The notes under the pieces: model-generated
Told to the model about the DNA's origin: nothing
Seen by the model: only the letters and a program-made list of their open reading frames with translations
Database searches by the model: none
Shown here: one piece after another, positions 1 through 10,031 of the stretch
Position numbering within the stretch: position 1 is the stretch's first letter
How the letters are laid out: every line of letters starts with the position of its first letter
Translations under genes and position numbers: made by a program
Origin: Candidatus Peregrinibacteria bacterium CG11_big_fil_rev_8_21_14_0_20_49_14
GTDB taxonomy: Bacteria; Patescibacteriota; Gracilibacteria; Peribacterales; Peribacteraceae
Assembly: GCA_002787035.1 (NCBI GenBank)
Contig: PCVP01000034.1
Span: 15,902 to 79,901, forward strand
DNA length: 64,000 nt
Direction of reading: 5' to 3'

Positions 1-464
1 TTGTCGGAAACAAACAGGAAACCTCCGGAAGCATCCGACTCTTTGCCCATCGTAAATTGTTCCGATGGTGCAAGTTTTTTCAGTGCGGCTGCATGTTTTT
101 TGGAAGGGTAGATAATACCCTTCTGCGAGATCTGCTTTAAGCATGTGCGCAGCAGCTCTTCCACTTTGTTCTCGGGAAGTGCGCTGAGTTCCGCCGTTAC
201 TTTCGCATACAGACGATCCAGCAGTTCCTGCTTCTTTAGCAGTACAGTGTTTCTCTTTGCAGATTCCGCATGTGCTTGTGCTTTCGCTTTCAGATGCGTT
301 TTCTTCTGCTCCTTCTGTACGGCAATTTCCTGCTTCTTTTTTGCAAGAGATCGTTCACTTGCTTCACGCATTTGCGTCAGAGCTTTTTGATGAGCGCTGC
401 GAGCGGTTGCAATCTGATGATCTGCCTGTGCGCTTATAGCGTTGAGAATATCTTGAAGTGCCAT
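1..464 (-). CDS. V/A-type ATP synthase subunit E (runs off the window edge)
   Basis: Manual translation from ATG at 464 gives MALQDILNAISAQADHQIATAR...DASGGFLFVSD: a long charged helix followed by a GG-hydrophobic motif. It lies directly downstream of subunit K. Not in the ORF track. Confidence 0.8.
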   Translation of the reverse strand, partial: MALQDILNAISAQADHQIATARSAHQKALTQMREASERSLAKKKQEIAVQKEQKKTHLKAKAQAHAESAKRNTVLLKKQELLDRLYAKVTAELSALPENKVEELLRTCLKQISQKGIIYPSKKHAAALKKLAPSEQFTMGKESDASGGFLFVSD

Positions 465-488
465 AATGTCAGAAGGGAAGAGAGGCGA

Positions 489-1079
489 TTAGCCGATGAG
501 TCCTGTTTTGAATGAGCTCATCATGAAGAAGGAAATAAGGAACCCGAGCAGTGCGTATGTTTCTACAAGGGCAGCCATTGTAATAACACGACCTGCAAGC
601 TTGGCATCCTTCGCAAGCATGTGCATACCTGCGCTACATACTTTTGCCTGGAAAGGCGAAGATGTAAGACATGTGATGGTTACAGGCAACGTTGCTGCGA
701 GAAGAATGAATCCCTGTGAAACTGAAACAGGTACTTCTCCGGTGATAACAGGACCGTAGTTAAAGATGAAAAGCAGAGAAATAACCATACCGTACAAACC
801 CTGTGAACCCGGAAGCACCATAAGGGTGATTACTTTTCCTGCAAGCTCAGGCTTTTCGGTAAGGAGACCTGCTCCGGCCTGACCGGTCATGGATACTCCG
901 AGAATGGAACCGAGACAAGAAAGGAACGTGGCGGCTGCAACGCCGAAGAAGGCGATAGCAAGACCCCACTGAATAGTGCCGGAAGAGGCAACTGCTTGCA
1001 TTGCAGTCGGCTCCTGGGCAAACGCGACAGCAGGTGCAAGCAGTGCAGCTGCGGCGGAGAGAGATACAGAAGTTTTCAT
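489..1079 (-). CDS. ntpK: V/A-type ATP synthase subunit K (4-TM proteolipid) with N-terminal signal-like leader
   Basis: LPGSQGLYG, FQAKV and LVETYALLG motifs match the NtpK family. Start moved to ATG 1079 (MKTSVSL). Confidence 0.92.
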   Translation of the reverse strand: MKTSVSLSAAAALLAPAVAFAQEPTAMQAVASSGTIQWGLAIAFFGVAAATFLSCLGSILGVSMTGQAGAGLLTEKPELAGKVITLMVLPGSQGLYGMVISLLFIFNYGPVITGEVPVSVSQGFILLAATLPVTITCLTSSPFQAKVCSAGMHMLAKDAKLAGRVITMAALVETYALLGFLISFFMMSSFKTGLIG

Positions 1080-1107
1080 AAAAAGAAATGGGAAATGGTA
1101 AGAGATT

Positions 1108-3042
1108 TTATGACGATCTGGAACGGCGATACGGGCTGAAAGTGCGCCCTCCGCCTTCAAAGAATTGGCTGAAGAATTCAATAAACTGCAAACGTCCGGA
1201 GTGTATGAAGCTTCCGAGCGTATTCAGTGCGATACTGACAATGTGACCCACAAGGAAAATCAAAATCACAATCGGAATACCTATCCATGCGGGAAATAGT
1301 CTTCCCAACTCCACCGCAACCTGGTTTACGGCAAGTGCCAGAGCACCTGTTACGAGTCCCAGAGCAAGAATACGCAGGTAACTTAACGTGTTGCTCAACA
1401 TTCCTATGCCGAAATTCACCACTCCCAACACTCCCATAATCGGACGAACAAACCACTTGTTGCCGTACCCTTTTCCCCAGACCATCAGTACCAAGGCTGC
1501 GTAGAGAGGATAATTTTTACCGGCTGCCATGCTCTCCGGAGCAACCACACTGAATATGATTGCTCCGAGAAGAATGTGATTTGTGAAGTCCTGCCAGAAT
1601 GCCGCAGCTTTCCGACCATGAATCCACTTGTGCATACCTGCCAAGAACATGCCGAAGAACAGATGGGTAAGACCGAGTGCAATGGAGAGGTTTTGCAGGA
1701 AGGTGATGCCGGATTCTTTCGAGAGATCCCATACCTGTCCTCTGAAAAGCAGTGAGCCTCCTTCGGTGGTTTTAGTCAGTGCGGCAGGTACTTGTGAAGG
1801 GAGCAGGCCGAACCAGCCACCGAACGGAATACTGACGAAGAACGTCACAATTCCCGCCATAAACAAGAGCCAAAGCAGCGGGGCCTCGTCTATTGTTTTT
1901 TTGCTTTTAAAGAGCACGATACCGAAAATCGTTGCGATGACTGCTCCGTAACCTGCGTCCGTAAGGCAGAGTCCGAAGTAGAGAATAAAAAACGGCGAGA
2001 GTGCCATTGTCGGGTCTATTTCACTCGGGAGCGGGAGTCCGTAGAGTCCTGTAACGCTCTCAAACGGCGTGACAAACTTCGAGTTCTTCAGAAGTACGGG
2101 TGGTTCCTCTCCTTCGTCCGGTTTTATTTTAAGCACGGCGATTGCTTTGGAGAGTTTCTGCAAATGCACTTCCAGCAGTGCCATGCGGTTTCGGGGCATC
2201 CACCCGAGCAGTGTAATGGTACTGCTTGTTTCCACCATTGCTTCGCGTGCGGATTGTTTTTCGTCCAGCCACGACAGGAAGGCGGCAGTTTTCGCAAGAT
2301 TCGGAAGTTCAACGGAGAGCTGCACACGTTGCTCGTGATTTTTTCTCTTTTTTCCCAGCAATTCCTTTATTGCCATGCTTGCTTCCTCGTACAAATATGA
2401 GGCACTTCCGTCCCATTTGGGCAACTCTTCCGTTGTCCATCCCATTGCTGTTGCCAGTTCCTCAAAGCGGATCGCATCTTTTTTCCATAGATGTGCCACG
2501 ACATAGGTGGTGCCATTTTCGTTGTTGATTTCCTGCAGTTCCGTCCGGGGAAGCTCCGTCGCGAGCGTATCTTTCAATACAGGCAATACGCCTGCAGGAA
2601 GTGTACCGAGGATACGCAGGGATGTATGCGATTCGTGTGTCGCATTCAAAGAAAAGGGCAGCGAAAGCCATGGTTCCAGCGTTTCCTTTCGCAGCGCCAG
2701 TTCCTGCAACTCTCGTTGTGCCTCCGTGTCGGATTCTTCCAATGCATGCAACATATCCACAATATGACGCACGTCAGTGTGACTTGCCGCATAGATAATG
2801 GCATCTTCCGTCATTCCTTTATACACGGTAGCCAGTGTCTCTTTCGATGCCACTTCTTTCAGCGTGGTAATGGCAAATTGCAGTTCTGCGGCACGGAATT
2901 GCACTTCAGTGTGGTCTAAGCCGGAAGGTGACTTCGCTTCGGATATTTCCACCACTCCCTCTTTATGAAGAGCATCGAGAAGATCTTCTCGAAGAGATTT
3001 GTGTGCCAGAATCGCCACTTTTTGCATTGCCACTATTGCCAT
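1108..3042 (-). CDS. ntpI: V/A-type ATP synthase subunit I
   Basis: MAIVAMQK start, YGLP..EIDPT, DAGYG, LSYLRILALGL and IHSGRLQFIEFF motifs. Confidence 0.95.
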   Translation of the reverse strand: MAIVAMQKVAILAHKSLREDLLDALHKEGVVEISEAKSPSGLDHTEVQFRAAELQFAITTLKEVASKETLATVYKGMTEDAIIYAASHTDVRHIVDMLHALEESDTEAQRELQELALRKETLEPWLSLPFSLNATHESHTSLRILGTLPAGVLPVLKDTLATELPRTELQEINNENGTTYVVAHLWKKDAIRFEELATAMGWTTEELPKWDGSASYLYEEASMAIKELLGKKRKNHEQRVQLSVELPNLAKTAAFLSWLDEKQSAREAMVETSSTITLLGWMPRNRMALLEVHLQKLSKAIAVLKIKPDEGEEPPVLLKNSKFVTPFESVTGLYGLPLPSEIDPTMALSPFFILYFGLCLTDAGYGAVIATIFGIVLFKSKKTIDEAPLLWLLFMAGIVTFFVSIPFGGWFGLLPSQVPAALTKTTEGGSLLFRGQVWDLSKESGITFLQNLSIALGLTHLFFGMFLAGMHKWIHGRKAAAFWQDFTNHILLGAIIFSVVAPESMAAGKNYPLYAALVLMVWGKGYGNKWFVRPIMGVLGVVNFGIGMLSNTLSYLRILALGLVTGALALAVNQVAVELGRLFPAWIGIPIVILIFLVGHIVSIALNTLGSFIHSGRLQFIEFFSQFFEGGGRTFSPYRRSRSS

Positions 3043-3434
3043 TAGCTTCGGAGGAGAGGGGAATTGGCTGCGAGTGCCTGTTCCACTAATTTCTTTGCGA
3101 CTGCGTCTTCTTGTGAAACGAAGTGTGCTTCTATCTGTTCCGCTTTCTTCTCCGCATCTTTCTCGGCGCTTTTTACGATCGTACTGAGCTCTGTTTCCCG
3201 GTATTCCATCAGTTCTTTACGGGCTGCATCTTTTATTTCTTGGTCACCGATTTCCTCCTTTTCTTTCAGTGCCTGCTCCACTTCACGCTTTTCCTCCTCC
3301 ATAGCTTCGATTTCTTTCGCTACGCGGGCATTCTCTTGCTCTTCCAGACGAGCAATCTGATCAAAAGGAGTGTCTCTTGTTGGGGTGCTAACTGCGCCTT
3401 TTGCGCCAGTTGTAGCCGAAAAGTCTGTATCCAT
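3042..3434 (-). CDS. V/A-type ATP synthase peripheral stalk subunit G/H-like
   Basis: E/K/A-rich coiled coil, first gene of the operon, stop overlapping the subunit I start. Confidence 0.7.
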   Translation of the reverse strand: MDTDFSATTGAKGAVSTPTRDTPFDQIARLEEQENARVAKEIEAMEEEKREVEQALKEKEEIGDQEIKDAARKELMEYRETELSTIVKSAEKDAEKKAEQIEAHFVSQEDAVAKKLVEQALAANSPLLRS

Positions 3435-3625
3435 ACTTATGATTGGTAAAACGCGCGGACTCTACGCGCGCGTCAAGAAAAAATCAAGGGTCTAAGGGCG
3501 GGTTTTGGAATAGGTTTGTGGCTTTGGTGAGCGGTCGGTGTGTCGTGGTACTACTTTGTACACAGAAATATCGGTCATTCGTACAAAGAATGTCCCGTCG
3601 TATTGTTTCTAAACAGAGACGCTTC

Positions 3626-4588
3626 TTACTTTCTCTTCACACGAATGAATCCGGATGTTTCCAGCACATCCAGCTTCTTTTCGTGCTTGGTGAGTTTGTC
3701 GAGCAGGAGGTTGATACCGATTGCATCACTGGCCATATGGCTGCACTGAATCATATTCACGTGGTGCTTTTTCGCCTCTTCCCATGTTTTCTCGGTGACG
3801 TGCATGGAGAGAATGGTTCCGACACCGGCTTTGGATTGCTCTATCAGCTGCTCTTCGGGACCGTTTGTTCCTCCCGTGAATTCAGTGGCGACTATTTTAC
3901 CAGGTCGGCTATCAGGAGTACCGTTTACGATAATCGGTGGGTTACCCTTCTTTGCGTAGTACTCGTACTCAGGAATTTTCAGCAGTGCGTCCAGAATATC
4001 TGCAAGACAGTCGAAGTTCTTTGAGCAGATTTCTTTCTCTATGAATCTCCATACCAAGTTGTCGGTGGGGGTGTGGCAACAGAATGCGGGAATGCCGAGC
4101 AGTTCCGCCGCGCGCTCCGTACGGAAGAGGTTGTCTGCATGAATCGCTCTCCAAATACGGTCCATTCGTGGCTTCAGTTGTGCTTCGCTGTGGTTTACCG
4201 GCACACCGACACTGGCAAGCACATCCACCTGCAGGGGCATGACTTTTTCTAAGTCGGCGAGAGCGCGACCTTCGGGGTGGTGAATGAAGAGACAATCAAT
4301 TTTCTCTCCCTTCTCACGAAGTCTGTCTGCAAGTAATACCTCCGGTGTCTCTATATCTATACCGACCATGAGTCTTGTTACATCTTCGTTGCCGGTACCG
4401 TTAATAATGCGAGAGTCGCTGTACGGATTCCATGTGCGCTCTTCATCGAAGAACTTCTTATCCTTCGTATCCAGCTTCTTTGCTTTGTCGGAATACTTCT
4501 TCAACTTTTTCTGCAGGTCTGCCTTACTGCGAACGTCGGCTTCCATGCCGTAGGTAATGGCCTGTGCGAAGAGATCTTTCAGTTTCAT
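3626..4588 (-). CDS. NIF3-like (NGG1p-interacting factor 3) metal-binding protein
   Basis: IHHPEG, CHTPTDN, LSMH and SHMASD motifs. Start at ATG 4588 (MKLKDLF). Confidence 0.8.
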   Translation of the reverse strand: MKLKDLFAQAITYGMEADVRSKADLQKKLKKYSDKAKKLDTKDKKFFDEERTWNPYSDSRIINGTGNEDVTRLMVGIDIETPEVLLADRLREKGEKIDCLFIHHPEGRALADLEKVMPLQVDVLASVGVPVNHSEAQLKPRMDRIWRAIHADNLFRTERAAELLGIPAFCCHTPTDNLVWRFIEKEICSKNFDCLADILDALLKIPEYEYYAKKGNPPIIVNGTPDSRPGKIVATEFTGGTNGPEEQLIEQSKAGVGTILSMHVTEKTWEEAKKHHVNMIQCSHMASDAIGINLLLDKLTKHEKKLDVLETSGFIRVKRK

Positions 4589-4690
4589 TTCCCGCAAAGA
4601 GTACAGGCAGCTCGATACTTTGCGCAAGGAAAAGGACTGCGCGAGAACGCGCAGCCCTTTAAGGAACCCTGCTCTGCAATGCCCAAGATG

Positions 4691-5023
4691 CTATACTTCT
4701 TGTTGTACGAGCACGCGACCGGTTTGCACATTCCGTGCTTTCCGGCCATTGCGAGCCTGTACTTCCAATACCTCGTGGCTCTCGGTGACGAGTGCCCTCT
4801 GATTCGAGAGCCCGAGGTGTGTTACGAACAGTTGGGGGACACGAATGAGAATCGGTCGAGTAGTTTTCAGCCGCGGCCGAATTTCGTCGAACCATTTGCG
4901 AAGCGCGGTCGTGAGTCCCTCGTCCCCGGTGTCGAGGTCTTCTTGTATCCACACTTGCAACATTGCAGTACGCCTGCGTTTGTCGGATTCTGCAAAGAAT
5001 TCTTCCGAAGTGTGACTGTGCAT
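4691..5023 (-). CDS. hypothetical protein
   Basis: 110-aa ORF with an SD-like AGAAAGG shortly upstream of the ATG; same orientation as its neighbours. Confidence 0.5.
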   Translation of the reverse strand: MHSHTSEEFFAESDKRRRTAMLQVWIQEDLDTGDEGLTTALRKWFDEIRPRLKTTRPILIRVPQLFVTHLGLSNQRALVTESHEVLEVQARNGRKARNVQTGRVLVQQEV

Positions 5024-5318
5024 AGTGTTCTACCTTTCTTGTGATGGTTGTTGCGGACATTGCAATTGAGCAGAGCGGGCTACCGACGTGCTATCGGCAA
5101 GCCGCTATGTTCGAGCAGTATCTGTGGTGGGAAAGAGCAAATGCGAAGAAGCCAGCCTGTCTGGGGGAGAGAGGCTGCGAACAGTGGTCAGAACGATTGC
5201 AATTACCAAGTACGCAGTGTCCCCAGAACGGATGTAACCTTCTGGCAGTGGAGGACGCCGCGCATGAAACAGACTTGGATCATTTGCAAGCGCAGTGTAA
5301 CTTTTCCCTCTTTATTTG

Positions 5319-7403
5319 TCACCCCTTTTTTTCTGTCACGACCACTTTGGAGTCCGCAACAATAACACCGTCCGCACTCACAAGAATCGGATTGAAATCC
5401 AGTTCGGAAATCTGCGGACATTCGTTCATGAGGGAAGACACTGCCACCAAGGTTTCCACCACACCGTCTATGTCGGATTGACGTTGCCCCCGCATGCCGA
5501 GAAGCAGGTTCCAGCTCTTGAGATCCTGCAGCATGCGGTAGCCTTCTTCGCTTGTAATCGGAGCCATGCGAAACGACGTATCGCGAAAAAGTTCCGTGTA
5601 AATTCCGCCGAGTCCAACCATGACCATGGGTCCGAAGGATGGGTCTCGCAGTCCTCCGACAATGAACTCGTTTCCTATGGGAAGAAACTTCTGTATCAGC
5701 ACTCCGCGCCTCTCTGCTTCCGGCATTTTGGCCTCCACGTTGGTTATTATTTCTTCGAATGCCCGTGAGACATCGTCATCGTTTTTCAGATTTGCTTTTA
5801 TGCCCCCCACATCTGTTTTATGAAGAATCTGCGGTGAGCTGATTTTCGCGATGACCGGGTACCCAATTTCCTGTGCGATGTTCCGTGCTTCGGTCACGTT
5901 CGTTGCCAGGCCCTGTAGTGGCAGCGGAATGTCGTAGAGGGCAAGCAGCTCTTTGGTGGCATCCTCTGAAAGCAGTCCTTTGCACTTTCCTATTATTGCC
6001 GTCGCCTTTTTGGCACGAGCTTCATTGCTGATCGGCATCGCATCTTTGCGATTCGGATCTTTCCGGAGCAGAGTGGACATGGCGTACATGGCACGCTCCG
6101 GACTCTGAAAATTCGGAATACCGTTGGCAGCCAGAATATCTATTGCTTCCTTTACGCTCTCACCTCCCATAAAACTGGTGACTATCGGCATGAGTCGTGA
6201 TTGTTTGCGCACTTGCACCACTGCGTTTGCTATCTCCGTACAGGGGGTCATAACTTGCGGAGTAAGCAGTACGACCATGCCATCTACGTTCGGGTCTTCA
6301 TTGCAGATATCCAACGCAGCTTGGTACCGCTCGGTGGTGGCATCGCCTATGACATCGATGGGGTTCACCAGTCCCGCAGCTTCCGGAAGATGAGGCTTGA
6401 GTTTTGTGAGTGTCGCTTCTGAGAGGTGGGGCATAAGAAGCCCCGCTGTTTCGGCACCGTCCGTTGCCAAAATTCCGGGTCCTCCCGCATTCGTAATGAC
6501 GACAACGTTTCTCGAAAGCAGGGGAGGTTGCGTGCTGAGTGTTTGCAGCAAGTTCATAAAATCCTGAAACGTATGCGCGCGATGCACGCCGGTGCGTATG
6601 CACGCGGCATCTATGGCACTGTCGCTTCCTGCCAGGGCTCCCGTGTGCGAAGACGCGGCTTCTTTTCCGTGCTTAGATACGCCGGATTTCAGAAGAACGA
6701 TGTGTTTGGTGCGTGCCACCCGTGCGGCTACCTCCAGGAATCGCGCTCCGTCCGCTATGTTTTCTAAGTACAGGCCGATGACTTTTGTTTTGTCGTCCTG
6801 TTCGCAGAGTTCCAAATAGTCGCATGCATCCATGGCCGCTTTGTTTCCTATACTGAGTACCAAGGAGTATCCCAAGTGCAGAGACGGAGACGCATCCATA
6901 ATGGCGACTGCCATGGCACCGGACTGACTTACCAATGCTATGCATCCGTCGGCGGAGATATCTTTCGCGAAAGACGCATTCATTTTTATGCTCGGCCGTA
7001 AAACACCCAGACAGTTCGGACCCACAAGGTTCATGCGGTACTCGGCACACACGGCCACCAAATCATTTTCCATTTTCTTCCCTTCTTCGGTGTGCACTTC
7101 GCTGAATCCTGCGGTAATAACCACCAACCATTTCACTCCTTTTTCGCCGCACTCTTTTGCCACGGCACAGACAGTGGGGGCGGGTGTGACTACCACTGCC
7201 ATTTCCACTTCCGACGGCACGTCCGAAATGTTCTCGTATACCTTCTTGCCGAGTATCTCTCCTCCTTTCGGGTTAATGGGATATATGGCACCTTCGTACC
7301 CTTGTTGCACCAAGTTACGCAAAACCATATGTCCCACCTTGTGTTCGGATGCACTGGCACCCACCACTGCGATGGAAGAAGGCTCGAAGACGGGCATGCG
7401 CAT
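5319..7403 (-). CDS. ADP-forming acetate--CoA ligase, fused alpha/beta
   Basis: CoA-binding N-terminus (IAVVGAS, GPNCLG), SHTGALAG phospho-His motif, NPIDV, and a C-terminal ATP-grasp (HKTDVGG, DPSFGP, ELDFNP). Confidence 0.93.
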   Translation of the reverse strand: MRMPVFEPSSIAVVGASASEHKVGHMVLRNLVQQGYEGAIYPINPKGGEILGKKVYENISDVPSEVEMAVVVTPAPTVCAVAKECGEKGVKWLVVITAGFSEVHTEEGKKMENDLVAVCAEYRMNLVGPNCLGVLRPSIKMNASFAKDISADGCIALVSQSGAMAVAIMDASPSLHLGYSLVLSIGNKAAMDACDYLELCEQDDKTKVIGLYLENIADGARFLEVAARVARTKHIVLLKSGVSKHGKEAASSHTGALAGSDSAIDAACIRTGVHRAHTFQDFMNLLQTLSTQPPLLSRNVVVITNAGGPGILATDGAETAGLLMPHLSEATLTKLKPHLPEAAGLVNPIDVIGDATTERYQAALDICNEDPNVDGMVVLLTPQVMTPCTEIANAVVQVRKQSRLMPIVTSFMGGESVKEAIDILAANGIPNFQSPERAMYAMSTLLRKDPNRKDAMPISNEARAKKATAIIGKCKGLLSEDATKELLALYDIPLPLQGLATNVTEARNIAQEIGYPVIAKISSPQILHKTDVGGIKANLKNDDDVSRAFEEIITNVEAKMPEAERRGVLIQKFLPIGNEFIVGGLRDPSFGPMVMVGLGGIYTELFRDTSFRMAPITSEEGYRMLQDLKSWNLLLGMRGQRQSDIDGVVETLVAVSSLMNECPQISELDFNPILVSADGVIVADSKVVVTEKKG

Positions 7404-7459
7404 ACAAGGGAAGAATTCTCTTTATTCTACCGTATTTCGCGTATTTTCTCAATTTCTCA

Positions 7460-7699
7460 CTATTCCTCGTCTATCGCTTCTATCGCAATATGAGTGACCT
7501 GTCCTATGTGGTCTCGTGAGAGAATGATGTTCTGACCCACCGTACTCATGCGTGGGTCCACTATATCGACCATTCTTCTGCGAACGGTGCGGACTTCGGC
7601 GGGCATGTGAACGACTTCGTCCGATTCAAATGGTGACTCCAAAAATTCTTCCCCTCGCCAAATATTCTGCGATTCCTCGCTTGCGAGCGGTTGCCACAT
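7460..7699 (-). CDS. hypothetical protein
   Basis: 79-aa acidic ORF filling the gap upstream of the ligase; no recognisable motif. Confidence 0.4.
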   Translation of the reverse strand: MWQPLASEESQNIWRGEEFLESPFESDEVVHMPAEVRTVRRRMVDIVDPRMSTVGQNIILSRDHIGQVTHIAIEAIDEE

Positions 7700-7815
7700 T
7701 ATTTTTTTTCTGTGTGACTTGTGCATAAATCCAATCAGTATACCACGAACAGGTCTCCAAAACTACCCTAGATCCAAGCTGGAATCCTTCGGACATACCG
7801 CTACACTGTTTCCGT

Positions 7816-8283
7816 ATGAAATCGCTCCATATCATTTATGCGTCCACGAGCGGCCACACGGAATACGTGGTCTCCGTTATCGCCGATTACATTAAGCAGC
7901 ATTCTCCCGACACGGAGGTGGAGGTGCAGCGTTGCGAACAGGCGACGGCGGAAGATCTTGCTCGCGGAGATGTGTTGCTTTTCGGTTCGGGCAGTTGGAA
8001 TACGGGAGGTGTGGAAGGACAGCTGAATCCTGAGATGTATGTGTATTGTAAGAAGACGTGCAAAGATACGGATCTCGCAGGAAAGCCTGCGGGAATCATA
8101 GCGTTGGGAGATGATCGCTATTACTACACCGCCCGAAGCGGCGAACATATTCGTAATTTTATTCAGTCACACGGAGGAACGGTATTCGGTCAGACTCTTA
8201 CGATCGTCAACGATCCGTACGGGCAGGAAGAGCGCATAGAAAGCTGGGCTAAAAAATTCCTGGAACACCTGCAAGATCTATGA
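7816..8283 (+). CDS. flavodoxin
   Basis: IIYASTSGHTE FMN loop, GSGSW and ALGD motifs. Confidence 0.92.
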   Translation: MKSLHIIYASTSGHTEYVVSVIADYIKQHSPDTEVEVQRCEQATAEDLARGDVLLFGSGSWNTGGVEGQLNPEMYVYCKKTCKDTDLAGKPAGIIALGDDRYYYTARSGEHIRNFIQSHGGTVFGQTLTIVNDPYGQEERIESWAKKFLEHLQDL

Positions 8284-10031
8284 AGCGCATTTCCCTCAAA
8301 GTCACAGGCGCACAGGGCCAGGGAGTAAACTCCGTGGGGGAGATATGTGGCAAAGGTCTGAAGCATGCGGGGTACTGTGTGTTCGGGTACAGAGAGTACA
8401 TGTCACTCATTAAAGGCGGGCACTCCGGCTACCAGTTGGATGTGTCTCCCGAAAAACTGGAGAGTTCCGAAACAACGGTGGATATCCTCGTGAATTTCAA
8501 TCACCACGGACTCATGCAGAACTGGCAGGAGGTAAAGAAGGGCGGCATTATTCTGCATCAAACTCCCATGTGGGAGTTTCCGAGCGAGCAGCAGAAGTGG
8601 CTGAAAGACAATGATATTACAGTTGTGTATCTTCCCGTGGAGGACATTTTAAAAAAAATGAAAGCGCCAAATATTCTGGGAAACGTGCTCATCACGTCCG
8701 CCGTGTGGACACTGCTCGGGCAAGACGACGATGTACTGAAAGAGTTGGTACGTAAGCAGTTCGGACACAAGGGTGAAGAAATAGTGCAAATGAATTTCCG
8801 TTGCATAGACGAGGGCACCGCATTCATACGCGACGACAGTGTGCAGCCCCTCACGCTTCCCGCACCCGACTTGAAGTGGGCGAACCACATGTACCTCACC
8901 GGAAGCGAAGCCATGGGTCTCGGCATTATTCACGGAGGATGTCGCATGTACGTGGGGTATCCCATGACTCCGTCATCTCCGCTGCTTTCGTACATAGCAG
9001 ACAAGCAGAACGAAACTGAGATGGTAATTAAACAGGCGGAAGACGAAATAACCGCAGTACAAATGATGAGCGGTGCCATGCACATGGGTACTCGCGCTGC
9101 GACGGGAACATCCGGCGGAGGGTTCGACCTTATGACAGAATCGCTGTCACTCAACGGAATCATAGAAAATCCCGCGGTCATCGTGTTGGCTCAGCGACCC
9201 GGCCCTGCCACAGGTCTTCCCACGTGGACGTGCCAAGGAGATCTGCTGCTCGCAGTCGGTGCCGCACACGGAGAATTTCCACGTTTGGTCATAAGCGTGA
9301 GCGACAGTCAGGATTCTTTTGATCTTATGCCAGAAGCATTCAATTATGCCGACGAATATCAAACTCCCGTGATAGTCCTTACCGATAAGCACATAGCCGA
9401 AGCGCTTTACACACAGGTGCCTTACGATGTTACGAAAGCGGAAATTCGTCGCGGAAACTTGGTGACCGATCCGAAGAAACTTGCAAAATTGAAGTCAGCA
9501 GATAGGTACGACCCGACGGTGAAAGACGGTATTTCTCCGCGATGGCTGCCCGGCACCGAAGCGGATGTGTACTGCGCGCAGGGCGACGAACACGATGCCG
9601 AAGGCAATGTGGATGAGTCCGCAAGCAACGCGATCGCGCAGATGCAAAAACGCATGGCAAAGATGACCGCTTTGCACAATGCGTTACCTGAGCCCGATCT
9701 CATAGGAGACAGTAACCCCGATATCCTGCTTGTATGCTGGGGGAGCACACGGAGTGTTGTGGACGATGTGCTCAAGAGCGAAGAGTTTGCGGGTGCTTCC
9801 ATAGCGTATTTGCACTACTCATTCCTCTGGCCGCTTAAAACGGAAAAACTTCTGCAGCTGGTTTCCAAGGCAAAAAAGATTGTTCTCATAGAAGGGAATT
9901 ACAACGGTCAGTTGGGTAAGCTTATACGACAGGAATGCGGACTCAACATAGAAGAGCGCATTCTGAAATACGACGGTCGTCCTTTCTTCTACGATGAACT
10001 GCATCGCGCACTTACTCCTCTGCTTTCATGA
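8280..10031 (+). CDS. 2-oxoacid:ferredoxin/flavodoxin oxidoreductase subunit alpha (gamma-alpha fusion)
   Basis: GAQGQGV, GYPMTPSS, QAEDEI, TSGGGF and QRPGPATGLPT motifs. Confidence 0.93.
   Translation: MKRISLKVTGAQGQGVNSVGEICGKGLKHAGYCVFGYREYMSLIKGGHSGYQLDVSPEKLESSETTVDILVNFNHHGLMQNWQEVKKGGIILHQTPMWEFPSEQQKWLKDNDITVVYLPVEDILKKMKAPNILGNVLITSAVWTLLGQDDDVLKELVRKQFGHKGEEIVQMNFRCIDEGTAFIRDDSVQPLTLPAPDLKWANHMYLTGSEAMGLGIIHGGCRMYVGYPMTPSSPLLSYIADKQNETEMVIKQAEDEITAVQMMSGAMHMGTRAATGTSGGGFDLMTESLSLNGIIENPAVIVLAQRPGPATGLPTWTCQGDLLLAVGAAHGEFPRLVISVSDSQDSFDLMPEAFNYADEYQTPVIVLTDKHIAEALYTQVPYDVTKAEIRRGNLVTDPKKLAKLKSADRYDPTVKDGISPRWLPGTEADVYCAQGDEHDAEGNVDESASNAIAQMQKRMAKMTALHNALPEPDLIGDSNPDILLVCWGSTRSVVDDVLKSEEFAGASIAYLHYSFLWPLKTEKLLQLVSKAKKIVLIEGNYNGQLGKLIRQECGLNIEERILKYDGRPFFYDELHRALTPLLS

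Noticed and set aside
4679..5044. 121-aa plus-strand ORF
   Set aside because: It is antisense to 4691..5023, which has an SD-like motif and matches the neighbours' orientation.
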